A DNA stretch of 64,000 nucleotides. It comes from Gammaproteobacteria bacterium (GTDB lineage Bacteria > Pseudomonadota > Gammaproteobacteria > Arenicellales > Poriferihabitantaceae). The first letter of the stretch is position 1; each line of letters begins with the position of its first letter. Position numbers and translations under genes: made by a program. The notes beneath the pieces are model-generated. The model was given only the letters and a program-made list of their open reading frames with translations, was not told where the DNA came from and ran no database searches. The stretch spans positions 18,308 through 82,307 of the forward strand of contig JBLIOD010000007.1 of NCBI GenBank assembly GCA_047639475.1, given 5' to 3'. Below are positions 58,445 to 64,000 of this stretch, piece by piece.

Positions 58445-59932
58445 ATGGCTAATGCCCAAGATTCAACCGACCTAGAACAAACCGTTAACGCCCTAGGGCG
58501 TGCAGAGTTGGTTAAGCAGGTTCGTGAGAAAATTAAAGAAACCGGCGTAACTTATATTTACTTCCAATTTGTATCTGTAACGGGTCGTATCGTTGGTAAA
58601 GGTATCCCTGCAGATCATTGGGAGCGCATCGCTGAGAAAGGTTTCCAGTTGGTCTACGGTTCTACTGCTAACCTATTTGTTGATCGTCATGGCGATTATA
58701 TTGGTTACGGTCCAGAAGCTTCAGAGTTGGTGGGTATTCCTGACCCAGAGACTTTCTGTCAGTTACCTTGGGATAAGCGAATCGCACGCGTTTTCTGTAC
58801 TTGTTACCGTAACCGTGAAGAGAAAGTTAACCCAGGTCAACACTTAACATCAGACTGTCGTGGTAACTTAAAGCGTATCGACGCTGAGTTCCAAGAAAAG
58901 CATGACATGCACATGCGCTGCGGTACTGAGCCAGAAATGATGTGGTTAACGCTAGACGAGGACAAGAAAGTCAATGGCGGCGTAACCAAGCCAAATTGTT
59001 ATCACATTGACCAATTCGAAGAGCTACGCCCTGCCTTCATGCAAGTGATGGAGTATGGCCAAGCGATGGGCTATGACATGATCCAAGGTGATCACGAAGA
59101 TGCCCCGGGTCAGTTAGAACTAAACTGGCAGTTCGATGATGTATTGAAAAATGCGGATCGTCTAACCACTTACCGTCAAATTTGCGCACAGGTTGCACGT
59201 GAAAAAGGCTTACACGCTTGCTTCATGTCCAAGCCTTTCATGAATGTATCGGCTTCGGGTTGTCACCATAACGTATCGTTATGGACAGGCGGCGAACTGA
59301 AAGTGAATAACTTACATCAAGAAATTCGTGGTGGTATGGATGACGTGTTCTCATACAGAGAAGGCGGCCACAACCACTTTATGCCAGTTCCAGAACTTGA
59401 CCAGTACAAGCCAGGACCTATTGGTTTACATTCAATCGGTGGTGTTATCAAGCATTTACCGGCGATGACGGCTATCGGTTCTTCAACGGTTAACTCTTAT
59501 CGCCGCTTATGGGATACCGGTTTCTGGGCACCTATCTTCGCTGATTGGGGCTACCAAAACCGTACCTGCGCCTTGCGTGTATCGGCGCCGGGTCGTTTTG
59601 AGTATCGCTCTGTTGACTCAATGGTTAATCCTTACTTGATGGGCGGTGCGATTTATAAAGCGTTCGAAGATGGTATTGAAAACAAGTTGGATCCAGGCGA
59701 CCCTGAAGAGCGTAATATTTACGCTGCAATGGAAGCAGGTAAAGACGTTAAGAAGTTACCAATGACATTAGGCGACGCTTTGACTGAGTTGAAGAATGAC
59801 GAAGTCATTAAGTCTTCAATGCCTGACGAAATGTACAGGGTTTATCATCATTACAAGAATGACGAGTGGGAGCGTTTTAACCACAGCGTGTCTGATTGGG
59901 ATATGGAAAACTACATCGATTGCTTGCCATAA
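58445..59932 (+). CDS. Glutamine synthetase-like ATP-dependent ligase, divergent paralog of the gmaS-like gene
   Basis: 495 aa with a strong RBS (AGAGAGGAGAGAAAATG) and GS blocks (GTEPEMMW, GDHEDAPGQLELN, ASGCHHNVS, NSYRR, RFEYRSVD). It has an N-terminal extension and an internal insertion relative to the 435-aa paralog. Confidence 0.8.
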   Translation: MANAQDSTDLEQTVNALGRAELVKQVREKIKETGVTYIYFQFVSVTGRIVGKGIPADHWERIAEKGFQLVYGSTANLFVDRHGDYIGYGPEASELVGIPDPETFCQLPWDKRIARVFCTCYRNREEKVNPGQHLTSDCRGNLKRIDAEFQEKHDMHMRCGTEPEMMWLTLDEDKKVNGGVTKPNCYHIDQFEELRPAFMQVMEYGQAMGYDMIQGDHEDAPGQLELNWQFDDVLKNADRLTTYRQICAQVAREKGLHACFMSKPFMNVSASGCHHNVSLWTGGELKVNNLHQEIRGGMDDVFSYREGGHNHFMPVPELDQYKPGPIGLHSIGGVIKHLPAMTAIGSSTVNSYRRLWDTGFWAPIFADWGYQNRTCALRVSAPGRFEYRSVDSMVNPYLMGGAIYKAFEDGIENKLDPGDPEERNIYAAMEAGKDVKKLPMTLGDALTELKNDEVIKSSMPDEMYRVYHHYKNDEWERFNHSVSDWDMENYIDCLP

Positions 59933-60085
59933 AGCCAGCTCGGGTACATAGGAGCAACAACTGAAATCGGTGCTGTCGCAGCAATGCGGCCGCACCATCC
60001 ATCGTGATTCTTAACTTATCTGTCCTCGGACAGAGGGTCACGTTCAACCTACACAATTTAATATAAACCAGAGAGGATTAGCTTT

Positions 60086-61021
60086 ATGTGTGGAATCGCA
60101 GGACTTATCCATAAGGGTAAAAGCTCAGATATAGGCACAGAAATGACGTCTATGCTGCAGTCCCTTAAACACCGCGGGCCTGATTCAACAGGCTACGCGT
60201 TATACGGTACACCCGATGACAGTCAGTACGTGATGCGCTTTATTTGCGCAGAACAAGAAGACATGAAATCGGGTTTTGAAATTCATCAAGAAGTTATCGA
60301 GCGTCAAGCAGAAGTAGACAGGCGTTTACTTTCTTTGGGTGCAAAGATAATTGATAAAGACATCGCGACAGAATATGCGCACCGTTACACTTTTTCTTAT
60401 GACGGCGATATGCGCAAGCTAGCTGACTATGTAGAAGATGTCGAAGGTGCTGAGATTTTATCAATCGGTCGTGGTCTTGAACTAATCAAAGACTTGGGCG
60501 ACGCCAGTGTTGTTTGCGATCAGTATTCTTTAAACGGCTTTCAGGGCACGCATGCAATTGGTCACACCCGAATGGCGACTGAATCAGATATTGATATCCG
60601 TTCAGCTCACCCCTATTGGGCATACCCATTTAACGACGTATCAGTAGTACACAACGGTCAGTTGACCAATTACTGGACTTTCCGTCGCGCCATGGAGCGT
60701 AACGGTCACCGTTTCGTTTCTAACTGTGACTCTGAGCTGATTGCGGTGTACATCGCTGATCGCATGGAGAAAGGAGATGAGCTTGAAGAAGCTATGAACC
60801 GCAGTGTCAATGAATTGGACGGTGTATTCACCTATTTAGTAGCCACTAGCGATCAGCTAGGCATGGCTAAAGACGTAATGGCGGCAAAACCAATGGTGCT
60901 CTATGAAAGCGATACGTTCGTTGGCTTGGCATCAGAGGAAGTAGCAATCCGTAGTATTTTCCCCGAGCGTATTAAAACTTGGGACCCATATGAAGGCGAG
61001 GTAAGAGTATGGCAGGCGTAG
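60086..61021 (+). CDS. Class II (Ntn) glutamine amidotransferase-like subunit, divergent mgsA paralog
   Basis: 311 aa with MCGIAG nucleophile Cys and HAIGHTRMATES and VVHNGQLTN blocks. Confidence 0.8.
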   Translation: MCGIAGLIHKGKSSDIGTEMTSMLQSLKHRGPDSTGYALYGTPDDSQYVMRFICAEQEDMKSGFEIHQEVIERQAEVDRRLLSLGAKIIDKDIATEYAHRYTFSYDGDMRKLADYVEDVEGAEILSIGRGLELIKDLGDASVVCDQYSLNGFQGTHAIGHTRMATESDIDIRSAHPYWAYPFNDVSVVHNGQLTNYWTFRRAMERNGHRFVSNCDSELIAVYIADRMEKGDELEEAMNRSVNELDGVFTYLVATSDQLGMAKDVMAAKPMVLYESDTFVGLASEEVAIRSIFPERIKTWDPYEGEVRVWQA

Positions 61022-61851
61022 AGAAAACATCCCATGAAATGGGACTGCATGCCGAGCAGTTAAGCGGCAGAACTCAGCAGCGCTTTTTTAGCGCATCTGA
61101 AGAAGAGAACTTCACTTACCCATGGGGCATGGAAGTTGACTATAACAAGTCAGCGACTATCGATGCCAAAGACATGTTGCCCACTGAAATCAATATCAAG
61201 ATTCGTGAGTTGATGTTAGACGGCGTGGGTTCAATTACTTTGAACAACCCAATGTCTCAACATGCGATAGGTGTGGGTATTTTGAATCGTTTGAACCTGA
61301 CTATCGACGGCAGCTTAGGCTATTTCGGTTGTGGTTTGATCGACGGTCCAAACGTGACTATCACAGGCCGCGTTGGTTGGTCTTGCGCTGAAAATATGAT
61401 GGCGGGAACCGTTATTATCGAAGAGAACGCAGGTTCTACTTTCGGTGCGGCTATACGCGGCGGTGACTTAGTTTGTCGTGGCGACGTCGGTTCACGTACT
61501 GGCATCGACCAAAAGGGCGGCACCATTATTGTGGGTGGACGCACTGGCGCTTTCTCTGGTTTCATGATGCAACGTGGCCGCATGGTTATTTGCGGCAATG
61601 CAGGCAAGAACTTAGGCGACTCGATGTACGACGGCACCATTTTTGTTGGCGGTGAAGTTGAAGATTGTGGTGTTGACTGTGTCCCTGGCGAATTGAATGA
61701 AGTTGACGTTAAGTGGCTAACGCATAAGTTAGGCATGTACAACATTAAGCCAGCCTGCGGAAGCATCGACAAAATGCAAAAATTCGTATCAGGCAAGCAG
61801 CTTTGGAACTACGATAACTTAGAGCCTTCTGAGAAGAAGCTAGTTCTTTAA
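61009..61851 (+). CDS. GXGXG-motif beta-helix subunit, divergent mgsB paralog
   Basis: 280 aa. The start overlaps the previous gene by 13 nt. GXGXG turns (ITGRVGWSCAENMMAGTVIIEENA...) and an ~55-aa N-terminal extension relative to the 223-aa paralog. Confidence 0.75.
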   Translation: MAGVEKTSHEMGLHAEQLSGRTQQRFFSASEEENFTYPWGMEVDYNKSATIDAKDMLPTEINIKIRELMLDGVGSITLNNPMSQHAIGVGILNRLNLTIDGSLGYFGCGLIDGPNVTITGRVGWSCAENMMAGTVIIEENAGSTFGAAIRGGDLVCRGDVGSRTGIDQKGGTIIVGGRTGAFSGFMMQRGRMVICGNAGKNLGDSMYDGTIFVGGEVEDCGVDCVPGELNEVDVKWLTHKLGMYNIKPACGSIDKMQKFVSGKQLWNYDNLEPSEKKLVL

Positions 61852-61875
61852 CTGACCCTATAAAGAGGAAATATT

Positions 61876-63213
61876 ATGTCTACTAAAAGAGATACCAACC
61901 ACCTAGGTCAGAGTTTTATCTTTCCGCCTGCGGTGATGGATGATATCCATGTAAAAGCAGAGTTAGGCCGCTATCGTATGCGTGGCTTTTCTTTGTTCAA
62001 GAAAATCCCATCTTGGGACGATTTGACTTTCATGCCCGGTACGCTAACGCGCTTCGTAATCGAAGGTTATCGTGAAAAGTGCTTAACCAAGACCATTATC
62101 GGTCCTATGTGTAAGCGACCATTGGAACTTGATATTCCTGTTTACATCACAGGTATGAGTTTCGGTGCACTGTCTTATGAAGCAAAAACTGCGCTAGCGC
62201 GCGGCGCCACTATGGCTGGAACAGCAACTTGTTCTGGTGAAGGCGGCATGATTCCTGACGAGCGTCGTTATTCAGAGAAGTGGATGTACCAGTGTATCCA
62301 ATCTCGTTACGGCTTTAACCCTAGCCATTTACGTTTAGCTGATTGCGTTGAATTTTTCATCGGGCAAGGCTGTAAGGTGGGTTTAGGGGGGCACTTGATG
62401 GGCCAAAAGGTAACGGATCAAGTAGCTGAAATGCGTTCATTACCTGCGGGTATCGACCAGCGTTCACCTGCGCGTCACCCTGATTGGTTAGGTCCTGATG
62501 ATTTGGCACTGAAGATCAACGAAATTCGCGAAGCGACTGATGGTCAGATTCCAATTCAGCTTAAATTAGGTGCAGCACGTGTGTATGATGACGTGCGTAT
62601 GGCCGCTAAAACAGGTCCGGATTCAATCTACATCGACGGTATGGAAGGCGGCACAGGTGCTGGCCCTCACTTAGCGACTGAAGAAACCGGCGTTCCTGGT
62701 ATTGCCGCGATTCGTCAAGCGCGTCGTGCAATTGAGGACGTGGGCAAGTCGGGTGAGATTTCACTGGTTTATGCTGGCGGTATTCGTAACGGTGGTGACT
62801 TAGCAAAAGCATTGGCTCTAGGCGCTGACGCGGTGGCGATCGGTCACTCAGCTTTGATGGCATTGAACTGTAACAAAGACATCGACGAGGCTGATTTCCC
62901 GAATGAAATGGGCGTAGAAGCTGGTCATTGTTATCACTGTCACACAGGTCGTTGCCCAGTGGGTGTTGCGACTCAGGATCCAGAACTGCGTAAGCGTCTG
63001 AACCCTGATGCGGCAGCCGAGCGTGTATATAACTTCTTACACACTTTAACGATCGAAGCGCAGTTGTTAGCACGTGCTTGCGGCAAGACAAACATTCATT
63101 CATTAGAGCCAGAAGATATTGCGGCTTTAACAATGGAAGCGTCTGCGCTAGCGCAAGTTCCATTAGCAGGTAGCCAACATACAGTTGGTCGCCCTGATAT
63201 GACACGCTTCTAA
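61876..63213 (+). CDS. FMN-dependent GltS domain-2-like subunit retaining a GltS-type Cys motif, divergent mgsC paralog
   Basis: 445 aa with blocks ITGMSFGALS, DGMEGGTGAGP and AGGIRNGGDLAKALALGADAV, plus CYHCHTGRCPVGVATQDP. Confidence 0.8.
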   Translation: MSTKRDTNHLGQSFIFPPAVMDDIHVKAELGRYRMRGFSLFKKIPSWDDLTFMPGTLTRFVIEGYREKCLTKTIIGPMCKRPLELDIPVYITGMSFGALSYEAKTALARGATMAGTATCSGEGGMIPDERRYSEKWMYQCIQSRYGFNPSHLRLADCVEFFIGQGCKVGLGGHLMGQKVTDQVAEMRSLPAGIDQRSPARHPDWLGPDDLALKINEIREATDGQIPIQLKLGAARVYDDVRMAAKTGPDSIYIDGMEGGTGAGPHLATEETGVPGIAAIRQARRAIEDVGKSGEISLVYAGGIRNGGDLAKALALGADAVAIGHSALMALNCNKDIDEADFPNEMGVEAGHCYHCHTGRCPVGVATQDPELRKRLNPDAAAERVYNFLHTLTIEAQLLARACGKTNIHSLEPEDIAALTMEASALAQVPLAGSQHTVGRPDMTRF

Positions 63214-63222
63214 GAGGATTAT

Positions 63223-63609
63223 ATGATGAGTGAAAATGTCGATAAGTTTATTGAAGAAGACGGTTTAGATTCTAACCGTGAGCAAGAGATCGGTCAGCAC
63301 ATTGGTTATCGTTACGACGTTAACTTGGTGCCTGACATGGATCGCTGCCCGCCTTTCTTAACTAAGTACATGGATATTATGGGCTGGACTGACCTTAATT
63401 GGTTGGAAGACGTTCACATGGGCTATGAAGAAGGCAGACCGGCCGTATTTGATAGAAATATCAATGGTTGGGTGCAGATTCCAGAGACGATTGATTTGCC
63501 GGATAACCAGCAAGATCGAGACATGATTGCACGTGAGTTGCTAATCAAGTTTCAAATGTCTAAAGACCACCCAATGGTGGACTTAGTAAAGGCATACAAG
63601 AAGTTCTAG
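63223..63609 (+). CDS. Orphan acidic 128-aa protein, function unknown
   Basis: Starts 9 nt after the FMN-subunit stop (RBS AAGAGGA) and is followed by a strong terminator. No TM segment or signal peptide, and no family recognised. Confidence 0.5.
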   Translation: MMSENVDKFIEEDGLDSNREQEIGQHIGYRYDVNLVPDMDRCPPFLTKYMDIMGWTDLNWLEDVHMGYEEGRPAVFDRNINGWVQIPETIDLPDNQQDRDMIARELLIKFQMSKDHPMVDLVKAYKKF

Positions 63610-63623
63610 TTTACACTTCTGTT

Positions 63624-63667
63624 ACCGCTTTACTGGAGACGCTCCTGTTCAGTAAAGCGGTTTTTTA
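63624..63667 (+). terminator. Rho-independent terminator ending the second cassette
   Basis: Perfect 12-bp stem ACCGCTTTACTG / CAGTAAAGCGGT followed by TTTTTT. Confidence 0.85.
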
Positions 63668-64000
63668 TTATGTCTTTAGATGCCTATGTAAGAAAACAAA
63701 CTCATTGTGGTACCGCTGAAAAAGCGTGTAATGCAATGAGTTTATTTTTTTGTAATGAGCTAACTAACTCTTTTGACTTATTCAAGTCGCAGTATGAAAA
63801 GCAAACTATTATTTAGGTGCTAGTATTGCGAATTGGGATAGATTAAAGAGTTAACAATTGCGAGAGGCGGTTTTAATTTAGATACTTGTATTCAAATAAA
63901 TTATAATTCGCGGCTGTTTTATGACCTCTACTAGGCTCAATGACTTGAAAGTAAAATGCGATGGCGTCAAATTGACGTTGTCATTAAAAACTCAGGCTTA

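Noticed and set aside
62606-63205. 199-aa ORF antisense to the FMN subunit. Other long antisense or alternate-frame ORFs were also seen: 61320-61796, 21522-22079, 11004-11465, 29181-29609, 36727-37083, 39501-39860 and 8471-8869.
   Set aside because: Each lies wholly inside a gene with clear family motifs on the other strand or frame. They have low-complexity or Arg/Ser/Pro-rich composition and no RBS or recognisable domain. This is typical of shadow ORFs.
58445-63213. Second cassette as an ordinary GS-GOGAT ammonium assimilation pair (split archaeal-type glutamate synthase plus glutamine synthetase)
   Set aside because: - There is no GltD-like NAD(P)H/FAD/Fe-S beta subunit and no ferredoxin domain.
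- The partner is a DAO-type amine oxidoreductase.
- The GS-like protein has insertions atypical of GlnA.
- The locus is under a GntR/FCD regulator beside the dmm operon.

This is not fully excluded, since the retained Cys motif keeps it alive as an alternative. It is therefore listed as a refutation route in the main finding.
20018-63667. Methylated-amine region as a mobile genomic island
   Set aside because: No integrase, transposase, tRNA/tmRNA attachment site, flanking direct repeats or obvious compositional break is visible by eye. The only decay signal is the binding-protein pseudogene.
63668-64000. Small ORF (about 44 aa, from the ATG at 63671) and a second hairpin (AAACTCATTG...CAATGAGTTT, about 63696-63742) after the cassette terminator
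   Set aside because: The ORF has no RBS and an AT-rich codon composition. The hairpin has a 26-nt loop and is probably a weak back-up terminator at most. The window ends before context can be judged.
1-64000. CRISPR arrays, tRNA/rRNA genes, toxin-antitoxin or defence-system signatures
   Set aside because: I scanned the intergenic regions and the ORF list and found none of the following:
- regularly spaced direct repeats;
- cloverleaf-like or rRNA-like segments;
- nuclease, helicase or methylase defence gene pairs.

Overview
All calls come from reading the supplied ORF translations and the raw sequence. No BLAST, HMM or folding program was run, so family assignments are motif- and synteny-based hypotheses.

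The window looks like a chromosomal segment of a marine-type gammaproteobacterium. I found no rRNA, tRNA, CRISPR array, transposase or integrase.

**Positions 1-19.9 kb: housekeeping genes.**
- A type II secretion operon: gspE (partial) and gspF through gspM.
- recJ, cysM, and an M14 peptidase lipoprotein.
- A Pseudomonas-like block: tonB-like, yqgE, ruvX, pyrB, pyrC'. The dihydroorotase-like gene has visibly lost its His-x-His metal motif.
- An inositol monophosphatase family gene, a PaiB-like gene, acnA, and a rhomboid protease.

**Positions ~20-64 kb: a dense methylated-amine / C1 supercluster.**
- A decayed TmoX-like binding-protein pseudogene.
- gcvT-gcvH-gcvP-lipA.
- Two tandem LysR regulators.
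- A putative TMAO transporter (tmoX-tmoV-tmoW, with a fused double permease) followed by a DUF1989+GcvT fusion typical of TMAO demethylase (tdm).
- A second betaine-family ABC transporter.
- A serine-cycle-like triad: 2-hydroxyacid dehydrogenase, class V aminotransferase, glycerate kinase.
- amtB followed by a 55-aa ORF that the ORF track missed.
- An XRE-cupin regulator divergent from mgsABC-gmaS (the N-methylglutamate / gamma-glutamylmethylamide route).
- An ~800-bp ORF-free gap.
- dmmDABC (dimethylamine monooxygenase).
- A second, strongly diverged cassette under its own GntR regulator. It encodes a DAO-family flavoprotein, a 495-aa GS-like ligase, GATase, GXGXG and FMN subunits, and an orphan 128-aa protein.

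This last six-gene cassette is the strongest candidate for an undescribed system. It mixes PuuA/PuuB-like logic with MgsABC-like logic. Its FMN subunit keeps a GltS-type Cys motif that the canonical mgsC-like paralog lacks. No four-subunit N-methylglutamate dehydrogenase (mgdABCD) is present anywhere in the window.
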